Shown here piece after piece: positions 1 through 8,123 of a stretch of 64,000 nt of DNA. The notes beneath the pieces are model-generated. The model searched no databases. It was not told the origin of the DNA and was given only the letters and a program-made list of their open reading frames with translations. Both the position numbers and the translations under genes were made by a program. The DNA comes from a virus (lineage: Duplodnaviria; Caudoviricetes), in IMG/VR virus record IMGVR_UViG_3300031994_000064, positions 18,984 through 82,983 of that record; one strand, given 5' to 3'. Each line of letters opens with the position of its first letter. The stretch's first letter is position 1.

Positions 1-93
1 ACCTTACGTGGTATGGGTAGAGGACGTGGAATGGTCGGCATTGGCTGACACGTTGAAGCGTCAATCTATTTAACAAAAAAAATAAAACAACGT
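1..93 (+). mobile_element. Right end of an IS200/IS605-type TnpB element (copy 1, truncated by window edge)
   Basis: Aligns by eye with the 3' ends of the TnpB elements at 6228-7498 and 58322-59582 (CTACGTGGTA..GTAGAGGAC..GTCGGC-loop-GCTGAC..ACGTCAATCTATTT), then A-rich tract ending CAACGT at 93. Confidence 0.85.
2..73 (+). CDS. tnpB: C-terminal end of a TnpB (partial)
   Basis: Frame reads PYVVWVEDVEWSALADTLKRQSI*, nearly identical to the C-terminus of the TnpB at 58367-59560. Confidence 0.75.
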   Translation, partial: PYVVWVEDVEWSALADTLKRQSI

Positions 94-101
94 AGAACAA
101 T

Positions 102-602
102 ATGTTTCAGATAGAAGGCATTTTAAGAGAAATCACGCCGGTGCAGTCCGGCACATCGGCACAAGGAAACTCGTGGCAACGCTGCGAGGCAATCGTAGAA
201 GCACAAGACGGTCAATATGTCACAACCTACGTCTTCACCGTCTTCAACAAAGACATCACAATCCACGTAGGCTCTACCGTGGTATGCGACTTTTATGTAA
301 AATCACAGAACTACAACGGAAAGTGGTTCACAAATCTGAATTTGTTTAAGATGGAGCCAAGCGTCCAACAGCCGACATACCAACCTCCGGCACAGCCGCA
401 GTACAACAACCAAGGCTATCAGCAGCCGATGCAGCAGCAACCGAGACGGCAACCCGCACCGCAGATGCCCGCGCAACCCGTAAGACCGACACCCGCACCA
501 GCACCGCAGCAATACCAGCAACCGCAGATGCCGCCGATGCCGACTGCACCCGTGCCGAAACAAGGCGCGTCCGTTGAGGAGGTCAACGACCTGCCGTTCT
601 AA
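102..602 (+). CDS. Single-stranded DNA-binding protein-like (DUF3127-type OB fold)
   Basis: OB-fold-like N-terminus (GNSWQR, KWFTNLNLFK), Q/P-rich linker, acidic DLPF tail; next to recT. Confidence 0.75.
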   Translation: MFQIEGILREITPVQSGTSAQGNSWQRCEAIVEAQDGQYVTTYVFTVFNKDITIHVGSTVVCDFYVKSQNYNGKWFTNLNLFKMEPSVQQPTYQPPAQPQYNNQGYQQPMQQQPRRQPAPQMPAQPVRPTPAPAPQQYQQPQMPPMPTAPVPKQGASVEEVNDLPF

Positions 603-645
603 AATCAGTAACCAATTCATTTTCAAACCTTAAATTATCACAATT

Positions 646-1560
646 ATGGTACAACAACAAAACCAAATCCAACAGCAGCAGCCGAAACTCGGCATCGCCG
701 CACTCAAAAACGTCCTCAACAACGACGCTATCAAACAGAAATTTGCAGATATGCTCGGCAAAGAATCGCAAGGGTTTATAACGAGCGTTATTGCTGTTTG
801 CTCAAACAACCAGCTTCTTGCAAAAGCAGACGCTAACAGTATTGTTCTTGCGGCTTCTCTTGCGGCAGGAATGAAGCTACCGATAAACCCAAATCTGGGT
901 TATGCGGCTATTGTTCCGTTTAGAGACGGCAAAACAGGAATCACTACAGGAACCATGCAAATAATGCGCAATGGTTGGGTAGAGCTTGCTTTGCGTACTG
1001 GAAAAGTTGCGAAAATAACCAACGAACTCGTTTACGAGGGAGAACTTGTCAGCAAAAACCGCTTTACCGATGAGTATGTGTTTGACGAAACAAAGCGCGT
1101 GTCAGACAAGGTTATAGGCGCGATGGCATACGTTAAATTGACGAAAGAAATGGGAGGTCTTGAAAAGACCGTTTACTGGACTACCGAACAGTGCTTAAAA
1201 CACGGCAAGAGATATTCGCAAACATTCAGAAAAGGCTACGGACTTTGGGTTTCCGACCCGGAAAGTATGTTTTTGAAAAGCGTGCTAAAGCATTTGATTG
1301 TCAAATATGTTCCAAAATCTATCGAGCTACAAAAAGCTATTGATTCAGACCAAGCCGCGTTCACTGGCGACATCGACAACCCGAAACCTGTTTACGTTGA
1401 CAATCCGCACGAGGAGGAGGTCGGCGAACCAGTCGATTTCGAGGAGGTCGATACCGAAAGCGGCGAGGTTCAGCAAGAGGAAGAACCCAAAACAACCATC
1501 GTTGTCGAGGATGACGAGCCGACCAACGGCGAACTTTTCAACGAAAAAGAACAACAATAG
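646..1560 (+). CDS. recT: RecT-family single-strand annealing protein
   Basis: LPINPNLGYAAIVPF and downstream RecT-like motifs, acidic C-terminus. Confidence 0.9.
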   Translation: MVQQQNQIQQQQPKLGIAALKNVLNNDAIKQKFADMLGKESQGFITSVIAVCSNNQLLAKADANSIVLAASLAAGMKLPINPNLGYAAIVPFRDGKTGITTGTMQIMRNGWVELALRTGKVAKITNELVYEGELVSKNRFTDEYVFDETKRVSDKVIGAMAYVKLTKEMGGLEKTVYWTTEQCLKHGKRYSQTFRKGYGLWVSDPESMFLKSVLKHLIVKYVPKSIELQKAIDSDQAAFTGDIDNPKPVYVDNPHEEEVGEPVDFEEVDTESGEVQQEEEPKTTIVVEDDEPTNGELFNEKEQQ

Positions 1561-1618
1561 GAGGGCGATTTGTTCTTTCATAATTTGGTTATTTTTGATT
1601 TGTTGATATTGTTTGACA

Positions 1619-1781
1619 GTCACCGCCTCACAAAGCCCTCCGGCGGTGACGATGCTCCGCGCAAGCGAGCGCATCTTGCCTTATATGGGCAGCGATAGCC
1701 ACCAGCCCGCAACTGGGGCGGAGCACGAGGACGGGTCGCGCCCGTATATGCCGAGTATAAACATGAGGGACAACCTCGGCA
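1619..1781 (+). ncRNA. Putative structured non-coding RNA, unassigned
   Basis: GC-rich intergenic stretch with stems 1619-27/1642-50, 1653-60/1718-25, 1731-35/1741-45, 1749-55/1775-81. Confidence 0.55.
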
Positions 1782-1807
1782 GAAATAAACAATAAAACCC
1801 TCAAACA

Positions 1808-1894
1808 AGAGAGGTGGCCGAGTGGCTGAAGGCGGCGGTCTTGAAAACCGTTGGGGTGTAACAATCTCCGTGGGTTCGAATCCCACTCTCTCTG
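1808..1894 (+). tRNA. tRNA-Ser(TGA)
   Basis: Acceptor AGAGAGG/TCTCTCT, discriminator G, anticodon loop CTTGAAA, long variable arm, GTGGGTTCGAATCCCAC T-arm; CCA not encoded. Confidence 0.93.
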
Positions 1895-1921
1895 CAAAGA
1901 AAAATAAAAAAAAACGACAGA

Positions 1922-2647
1922 ATGGCGAAAATAAAGATTTTAGGAAGCGGCAGCAGCGGTAACGGCTACATCATCGAGGCGGGCGGTCAATCGCTTATCC
2001 TTGAACTCGGCATGCCGTATGAAGACTACATCGTGAACGCCGATTTTTCAAGCATCGTGGCTTGCATCGTGTCTCACAGACACCGCGACCACTACCGCGA
2101 GAAAGTGGCTAAAAGGTTCGCCAAAATGGGCGTTAACGTGTTCGCCAACCAAGACGTTCACGATGCCTACACGGGCAAAGACAACCCTATAAAGGTGCTT
2201 GAGAAAGGCAAAGCCAACTTTTTCGGCGACTTTGTTGTGCAAGCGATTCCGCTGTCGCACAGCGTCCCGAATTTCGGCTACCTAATAAAACACCCGAATA
2301 TCGGTCGCCTCGTGTTCGCCACCGACACCAACGAGTTCAACTACAAGTTCAAGGAGATAAACCACTGGCTCATCGAATGCAACTACGACCCGAACATCGT
2401 TGTTGACACAAAACTATCCGGAGAAGACGTGAGAAGCAACTACGGCGACCACCTCTCAAAACAGAAATGCTTCGAGGTGCTGCAAAACAACTACGGCGTG
2501 TTCACGAAGACCATCACGCTCATCCATTTGAGCGACAGCAACAGCAACGCAAAAGCTTTCAAACAAGAACTGCAAGACCTTCTGAACTACGACAAAATAG
2601 AGGTCGCGGGGCTTACCAAAGACGTTCAAGTCATTAACCTACTTTGA
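1922..2647 (+). CDS. Metallo-beta-lactamase-fold hydrolase (putative exonuclease)
   Basis: LGSGSSGN, SHRHRDH, FATDT, IECNY, LIHLS motifs. Confidence 0.88.
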   Translation: MAKIKILGSGSSGNGYIIEAGGQSLILELGMPYEDYIVNADFSSIVACIVSHRHRDHYREKVAKRFAKMGVNVFANQDVHDAYTGKDNPIKVLEKGKANFFGDFVVQAIPLSHSVPNFGYLIKHPNIGRLVFATDTNEFNYKFKEINHWLIECNYDPNIVVDTKLSGEDVRSNYGDHLSKQKCFEVLQNNYGVFTKTITLIHLSDSNSNAKAFKQELQDLLNYDKIEVAGLTKDVQVINLL

Positions 2648-2654
2648 TTCGCAA

Positions 2655-2935
2655 ATAAAACGTCGCGCTGACTGACGTGCGAAGCGGGTTAGCCAAAGCC
2701 CCTGTCAGCAATAGGGAGCTACGTTGCGGGAGAATGAAACAATAGGCACTTCGGGGCGGTCGCCCTAACCCCGAACTCTGCGGACAGTGGTTAAAAAAAG
2801 CGAAAGCGACGGTGCTGCTGCCAAGCAAACCTCCCGACAACATTGGCGAAGGGCGCACAACGCGGGCAACCGCGACTTATACCGAAAAGGTATCACGGGC
2901 AACGCAGACGAACTGCGGAAACGATTAAAACATTG
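2655..2935 (+). ncRNA. IscB omegaRNA (HEARO-like), boundaries approximate
   Basis: Characteristic segments CTACGTT..ATAGGCACTTCGGG..CCCGAACTCTGCG..GGTTAAA..AAACC..AACATTGGCGAAGGG directly upstream of iscB. Confidence 0.8.
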
Positions 2936-2939
2936 AACT

Positions 2940-4178
2940 ATGGTGTATGTTTTAGACAAAGACGGCAGACCTTTGATGCCGACAAAGCGACACAGAAAAG
3001 TCAGACGGCTTCTTCGTGACGGTCTTGCTGTTGTCGTGAGACGAACACCGTTCACCATCAGACTTCTGTTTGACACGACCCATTACAAGCAGAATGTCAC
3101 TCTTGGAATTGATGCAGGGTCTAAACACGTAGGTGTCAGCGCATCAACGAAAAACGAAGAACTCTTCAGTTCAGAGGTATTGCTACGCAATGATATTGTG
3201 AATTTATTAAGTACGAGACGCGAGGCACGCAGAACAAGAAGAAGCAGAAAATTACGTCACAGAGCTGCAAGATTCAACAACAGACGAAAAGAAGATGGAT
3301 GGCTTGCTCCGTCTGTAATGCAGAAGGTTGACAGCCATATCAAGATTGCGAACCTTGTATGCTCAATTCTGCCTATTGATACAATTGTGATAGAGACAGC
3401 GCAGTTTGATACGCAGAAAATCAAAAATCCAGATATTAGCGGAGAAGAGTATCATCACGGAGAACAAGAAGGCTTTTGGAACGTGCGCGAATATGTTTTG
3501 TGGCGAGACGGTCACGTTTGCCAACACTGCAAAGGCAAAAGCGGCGACAAGATTTTGAACGTGCATCATCTTGAAAGCCGAAAGACGGGCGGCGACAGTC
3601 CAAACAATCTCATAACGCTTTGCGAAACGTGTCACAAATCATATCACAAAGGCGAGATTGAACTAAAATTCAAACACCGTTCAAATTCTTTGCGCGACGC
3701 GGCGTTTATGAATGTTATGCGGTGGCGCGTGTATGAATTGATGAAAAAGATGTTTGCGGACAAGACCGTGAAGATTACTTATGGCTATCAGACAAAGCGC
3801 AAGCGCATTGAAAACGTAATAGAAAAGACGCATTGCGCGGACGCTTTTTGCATTGCTGGTAATTTAACTGCAAGACGCACAGACAGACTTTATAAAGGTC
3901 GTTTTGTCGCACGTCACGCGAGAAGCCTTCACGTGTTTGTGCCAAAGAAAGGCGGAGTACGCAGAAGCACTATTGCAAACCATTGGATAGGGAAAAACAG
4001 ATTGCAACGGTTTGATACGGTTCGATACAACGGTGCTGATTGTTTTATTTCTGGAAGCTCAAACGGAATACCGTTTTTGCGTGATGCTGATTGGAAAAAA
4101 GTTACAAAAACATCAATAGTAAATGCAAAATATGTCAAATTTATGTCTCGTAAGCATAGTTCTTTGTTGATTTTGTAA
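2940..4178 (+). CDS. iscB: IscB RNA-guided endonuclease
   Basis: PLMP motif, RuvC-I GIDAG, Arg-rich bridge helix RRTRRSR, RuvC-II IETA, HNH with Cys pairs, RuvC-III HCADA. Confidence 0.95.
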   Translation: MVYVLDKDGRPLMPTKRHRKVRRLLRDGLAVVVRRTPFTIRLLFDTTHYKQNVTLGIDAGSKHVGVSASTKNEELFSSEVLLRNDIVNLLSTRREARRTRRSRKLRHRAARFNNRRKEDGWLAPSVMQKVDSHIKIANLVCSILPIDTIVIETAQFDTQKIKNPDISGEEYHHGEQEGFWNVREYVLWRDGHVCQHCKGKSGDKILNVHHLESRKTGGDSPNNLITLCETCHKSYHKGEIELKFKHRSNSLRDAAFMNVMRWRVYELMKKMFADKTVKITYGYQTKRKRIENVIEKTHCADAFCIAGNLTARRTDRLYKGRFVARHARSLHVFVPKKGGVRRSTIANHWIGKNRLQRFDTVRYNGADCFISGSSNGIPFLRDADWKKVTKTSIVNAKYVKFMSRKHSSLLIL

Positions 4179-4212
4179 TATAATAAAATTTAGTAATATA
4201 ACCTTTAATATT

Positions 4213-4671
4213 ATGTGCATTATGAGTTGGTTCAACAAAAAACAAAACAAGCAGAGCAAGTGGCACAACACCCCTTGCGAGTACAACGGCATCAAATTCG
4301 ACTCCCACAAGGAGCGCGACCGTTACATCTTTCTCAAGTCTTTGGAAGACAAAGGCGTTATCAGCGACTTGAAACGGCAAGTCAGATACACCGTCTGCCC
4401 AGCTGTCTATGGAGAGCGTGAGGTGCAGCTCAAGACAAAGACCAAGATTGAGAAATACACGCGCCAAATCGCCTCGTACTACTATGCGGATTTTACCTAT
4501 ATGTTAAACGGCGAACTTGTCGTTGAGGACATAAAAGGAGCGGAAGGTACTGAAACAGAGGTATTTAGGCTAAAAGCCAAACTGATGTTGGCTCACAACG
4601 GAATCGAAGTTAAAAAAGTTTATAACCCTACGGAATGGAATCACGTGAACTACGGAAAGACCCCGAGATAA
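4213..4671 (+). CDS. DUF1064-like putative endonuclease (start may be 4222)
   Basis: YNGIKFDSHKE, YYADFTY, VVEDIKG PD-(D/E)xK-like motifs. Confidence 0.8.
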   Translation: MCIMSWFNKKQNKQSKWHNTPCEYNGIKFDSHKERDRYIFLKSLEDKGVISDLKRQVRYTVCPAVYGEREVQLKTKTKIEKYTRQIASYYYADFTYMLNGELVVEDIKGAEGTETEVFRLKAKLMLAHNGIEVKKVYNPTEWNHVNYGKTPR

Positions 4672-4958
4672 CCGGCATCGCAGAGGCGATAGCATCGCAG
4701 TTCGGCTACAAGTTCGAGAATCTTCTTGAAAAAGGCAACAGCAACCACCTCACATCGGCGAGGAACTTCGCGTATTATATCCTGCACTACGACTACGGGG
4801 TATCTCTCAACGACCTATGCGCAATGTTCCAACGCTCGAACAGGGAGGTCTGTTACCGCATTAAGAAAGTGCGCGACAAACACGAGAAAGAAAACGCTTT
4901 CAGACTGCGTTGCGAAAGCATAAAGAAAAAACTTGAAGCATCGCTGTCGGAAGAATAG
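4635..4958 (+). CDS. Small helix-turn-helix protein (DnaA C-terminal-like)
   Basis: ARNFAYYIL..SLNDLCAMFQRS pattern. Confidence 0.55.
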   Translation: MESRELRKDPEITGIAEAIASQFGYKFENLLEKGNSNHLTSARNFAYYILHYDYGVSLNDLCAMFQRSNREVCYRIKKVRDKHEKENAFRLRCESIKKKLEASLSEE

Positions 4959-4968
4959 TAAAAAATCG

Positions 4969-4976
4969 TATTTTTG
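4969..4976 (+). promoter_or_regulatory. Bacteroidota -7 promoter box for the tRNA-Met
   Basis: TATTTTTG matches TAnnTTTG, 16 nt before the tRNA. Confidence 0.65.
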
Positions 4977-4992
4977 CCGCGTGAAAGACGAT

Positions 4993-5066
4993 GGCGGGGT
5001 GGCGCAGATGGTAGCGCGTGAGAATCATAGTCTCAAGGTCAGTGTGTTCAAGTCCACTCCCCGCTA
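4993..5066 (+). tRNA. tRNA with CAT anticodon (Met-like), atypical
   Basis: Acceptor GGCGGGG/CCCCGCT, D-arm GCGC/GCGC, anticodon stem TGAGA/TCTCA with loop ATCATAG, T-loop TTCAAGT with bulged T-stem. Confidence 0.82.
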
Positions 5067-5137
5067 CAAACCATGCGGATTGAAACCATACCATATTTGG
5101 TGATTTTTTTGGATTTATTTAGTGAATTGTGTGAAGA

Positions 5138-5163
5138 AGGGCGACTGTTAATTCAGCCGCCCT
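5138..5163. terminator. Probable terminator hairpin at convergent junction
   Basis: AGGGCGACTG/CAGCCGCCCT stem between converging transcription units. Confidence 0.6.
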
Positions 5164-5220
5164 CTCTTCTTCTAACTAAAACACCTAAAAATTAAAAATT
5201 ATGGAAAAAAACAACACTGC

Positions 5221-5787
5221 TCATTTCCCAATGAGCAGGTTTCTCTTTATAGCCATCGTGTCGCCGGTGCAGCCGCTTATGGCAATCGCTTTCACACGCC
5301 TTTTGCCGAACAAGCATTTGCGCTTCTCTTTGTACAAAGAAACAAGAATCTCGTCTTGAGCTGTAAACCCGCTTATTTCAAGCGTATCGTCAATGATTTG
5401 ACCATCTATACTATAACAATCGGTTTGAACGCAAAAATCGGCTTTGTGGGCTTTTCTGACGGTATCGTAAACATACACCAATGTGTCGCGGTAAACAGTC
5501 GTGTCGTGAACGTAATAAGTGACCTCGACAATGTTCTCCACATCACGAGGCTTTATGCCGTGCTCTTTCAGCGTGGCGACCTCCTTGCTGAAATAGTCTT
5601 TCAGCTCTTGAACGTCAATCGTCTGCTGCCGAGAGTGGTCTTTGCTTAACTCGATGTCGTAGTTTTCCTTGAGCCTCCGTTTTTCATCGCCCTGCTTTTT
5701 AAGGCACACCGCCATTATCACAATCGCAGCCACCATCAGCACAAAGATGGCAATCTTCGCTACCGTTATCCAAATGTTTTTTGTCAT
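5221..5787 (-). CDS. Membrane-anchored coiled-coil protein, spanin (Rz)-like
   Basis: N-terminal TM helix then soluble domain; last gene of lysis cassette. Confidence 0.5.
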   Translation of the reverse strand: MTKNIWITVAKIAIFVLMVAAIVIMAVCLKKQGDEKRRLKENYDIELSKDHSRQQTIDVQELKDYFSKEVATLKEHGIKPRDVENIVEVTYYVHDTTVYRDTLVYVYDTVRKAHKADFCVQTDCYSIDGQIIDDTLEISGFTAQDEILVSLYKEKRKCLFGKRRVKAIAISGCTGDTMAIKRNLLIGK

Positions 5788-5932
5788 CTTTTTTGATTTT
5801 CTTTGTTTTTCTTATACAAACCCCGTATTGCTCCTCGAAATAAAGCGCAATCACATCGTAGAACATATACACCGCAAGCGCGACAATCGCCGCGATAAAA
5901 AGAAATTGCACGATAATTGACAAAAATTTCAT
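5699..5932 (-). CDS. Small membrane protein
   Basis: Hydrophobic N-terminal helix, charged and Cys-rich tail; overlaps next gene by 89 nt. Confidence 0.45.
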   Translation of the reverse strand: MKFLSIIVQFLFIAAIVALAVYMFYDVIALYFEEQYGVCIRKTKKIKKDDKKHLDNGSEDCHLCADGGCDCDNGGVP

Positions 5933-5938
5933 ATAAAT

Positions 5939-6229
5939 TTATCTTTGTGTTTCAATCTTTATTCCGAGTTTAAGCGCGATGAAATGCTCAAGTTTCGCAC
6001 CATGAGAGGCTTTCCACCCTTTGAGCATATAGATGCCGTCGCAATTGACGAGCAAAGGAATCACTGTCTGCATACATTTCTTCCAAGACCATGACACATT
6101 GCAGTGCTTTGTAGGGTTCACGGGTTCGTCTCCGCGAGAATACAAGAACTCTTCTGCTTTTGCGAAATTGTCCATCGCCTGCTCATAGGGCAAACCGCTG
6201 ACTTGACCTGCAATATAAATTTTACTCAC
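5939..6229 (-). CDS. DUF4406-like protein (GTG start)
   Basis: KIYIAGQVSG..CDGIYMLKGWKASHGAKLE pattern. Confidence 0.8.
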   Translation of the reverse strand: MSKIYIAGQVSGLPYEQAMDNFAKAEEFLYSRGDEPVNPTKHCNVSWSWKKCMQTVIPLLVNCDGIYMLKGWKASHGAKLEHFIALKLGIKIETQR

Positions 6230-6244
6230 GTGATTTCTCCTTTC

Positions 6245-7453
6245 TTATTTTGTTAATAATGAAATAGATTGACGTTTCATCGTGTCAGCCAATTCCGACC
6301 ACTCCGCGTCCTCTACCCCTACCACGTAGGGTGATTTATTGTTGTTTGTTAAATTCTGTTCTTGCAAACCGAATCTTAGAATGTTCACGGCGGCGAGCAA
6401 GTCCCTGTCATTGTCGCGACCGCATGACGGGCACACCCATCTTCGCTGTGACAGCTTCAAGTCTTTGTAAACGCTACCGCACAAGCACATCTTTGAACTC
6501 GGCTCGAAACGCCCGATGCGCACAAGGTTTTTGCCGTACCAATCGCATTTATATTGCAACTGTCTGAAAAATTCAGACCACGCAACAGAGCTTATGCTTT
6601 TGGCGAGGCAATGGTTTTTAAGCATTCCGTCCACATTCAAGTCCTCAACGACTATGGTTTGGTTCTCACGCACAATCTTCGATGTTACTTGGTGAATAAA
6701 ATTGGTACGCTTGTTTCTTATGCGCTCATGCTGTTTTGCGACTGCAAGTTTTGCGCGTTCTCTGCGTTTGCTGCCTTTCTGCTTTTTCGCAAGCCGTCTT
6801 TGCAGCACTTTGAGACGCTTTTCCTCTTTTTCAAGAAATTTAGGATTCTCGAACACTTGACCGTTTGAAAGCACGGCAAAATCCTTGATGCCAACGTCTA
6901 TACCAACCGATGTATTAAAATCAATCATCGGCTTTTCGGGCATCGGCTTGCCGTCATCAACGGTTATAGATATATAGTATTTGTTAGTCGGCGATTTAGA
7001 AACGGTGCAAGTACCAATTTTTCCTACAAAAGTTCTGTCGCAGGCAAACTTCACCTTGCCGACTTTTGGCATCTTAACACGCTTATTATCAAAATCAACG
7101 AATACGCAGTCAACAAACTGAAACGAGTTTCTGTTTCTTTTCTTTGACTTGAATTTCGGGAAACCTTTCTTTTCTCTGAAAAAGCGGGTAAACGCGGCAT
7201 CCATATTGCGTATTGACGATTGCAGAGATTGATTTGAAACCTCGGACAGCCATTCTGTCTCTTCTTGTTTTTTAAGGCTTGTGAGTTCTTTTGCGATAGA
7301 CACATAGCTGAGCCTTTCGCCGCTGTTTTGGTATGTTTCAATCCTTCTCTGCAACGCCCAATTATAGACATATCGGCAGCAGCCAAACGATTTCTCAAAA
7401 AAAGTCGCTTGTTCCGCTGTTGGGTATAGCCTATATTTGTACGATTTAATCAT
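6245..7453 (-). CDS. tnpB: TnpB RNA-guided endonuclease
   Basis: YKYRLYPT HTH, RuvC GIDVG / VVEDL / DRDLLAA, Zn-finger CLCG..CPSCG; ATG at 7453 preferred over TTG 7483. Confidence 0.95.
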   Translation of the reverse strand: MIKSYKYRLYPTAEQATFFEKSFGCCRYVYNWALQRRIETYQNSGERLSYVSIAKELTSLKKQEETEWLSEVSNQSLQSSIRNMDAAFTRFFREKKGFPKFKSKKRNRNSFQFVDCVFVDFDNKRVKMPKVGKVKFACDRTFVGKIGTCTVSKSPTNKYYISITVDDGKPMPEKPMIDFNTSVGIDVGIKDFAVLSNGQVFENPKFLEKEEKRLKVLQRRLAKKQKGSKRRERAKLAVAKQHERIRNKRTNFIHQVTSKIVRENQTIVVEDLNVDGMLKNHCLAKSISSVAWSEFFRQLQYKCDWYGKNLVRIGRFEPSSKMCLCGSVYKDLKLSQRRWVCPSCGRDNDRDLLAAVNILRFGLQEQNLTNNNKSPYVVGVEDAEWSELADTMKRQSISLLTK

Positions 7454-7457
7454 GCCG

Positions 7458-7465
7458 CAAATATA
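7458..7465 (-). promoter_or_regulatory. -7 promoter box of tnpB
   Basis: TATATTTG, 4 nt before ATG. Confidence 0.7.
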
Positions 7466-7591
7466 CAAAAAAATTAAATACAAACGGGCTTAATTTTTAT
7501 AAAAGCTTTTTTTTAAAAATATCAAAATAGTTGTATCAACATATTGATTTTTCATTTATAAAAAATCATGAGCCTTTGCCATACTATTTTT

Positions 7592-8122
7592 CTATTTCAC
7601 TTCGGTTTTCTTTTCAGCACAAGCAGCTTTGCGAGATTTCGGAACTTGCTTTTTGCGGCGACGCTTCCATTCGGCAAAGTCTCCGTTGAGAAACCCGCTT
7701 ACTTGCCCAACCTCCTCGGTGAGCGACGCTACTTGGTTGTCCATCTTTGTGACGCGCTTGTCAACCGATGTGACGCGTTTGTCCAAATTGTCAACCTTGT
7801 CGTTTAGGTTTCCCACAAGACCGCGCAATTCATTCATTGTCTCCTCTTGCTTTGCCCAGTACTCGTCACGCTCTTTGTTGCTGTTGAGCATCATCTCCTG
7901 CATCCTCTGCGTTATTTCAAGGGTGCTTTCAAGATACTTTTTGCCGAGGTCTATCTGCTTGTCGTCGTTGTCGATTTCCTTGCCCTCAACGTCTGCGTTT
8001 GACGATTTTACCTCGTTTCTTTTCAACTGCCTGTTCTCGCGGAAGAAAAACACACCCGTAATTAGTCCTCCGATGCCCGTGCCGCCGAACAAAAACCCCA
8101 AAATCAAATTCCAATCCATCAT
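7592..8122 (-). CDS. Holin-like membrane protein with coiled-coil tail
   Basis: Single N-terminal TM segment, heptad-rich C-terminus; follows endolysin. Confidence 0.5.
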   Translation of the reverse strand: MMDWNLILGFLFGGTGIGGLITGVFFFRENRQLKRNEVKSSNADVEGKEIDNDDKQIDLGKKYLESTLEITQRMQEMMLNSNKERDEYWAKQEETMNELRGLVGNLNDKVDNLDKRVTSVDKRVTKMDNQVASLTEEVGQVSGFLNGDFAEWKRRRKKQVPKSRKAACAEKKTEVK

Positions 8123-8123
8123 T

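Larger units (their letters stand above)
6228..7498 (-). mobile_element. TnpB-only IS200/IS605-like element (copy 2)
   Basis: Left end AAAAATTAA..TTAATTTTT hairpin plus promoter, tnpB, conserved right-end module ending GAAATCACGT; no tnpA; boundaries inferred from comparing copies. Confidence 0.8.

Noticed and set aside
4178-4230. IscB right end and an ATGA TAM at the DUF1064 start
   Set aside because: No convincing end hairpin and only one copy, so the boundary cannot be placed from this sequence
6245-7453. Nuclease-dead TnpB (TldR-type repressor)
   Set aside because: All three RuvC acidic residues are present in both full copies
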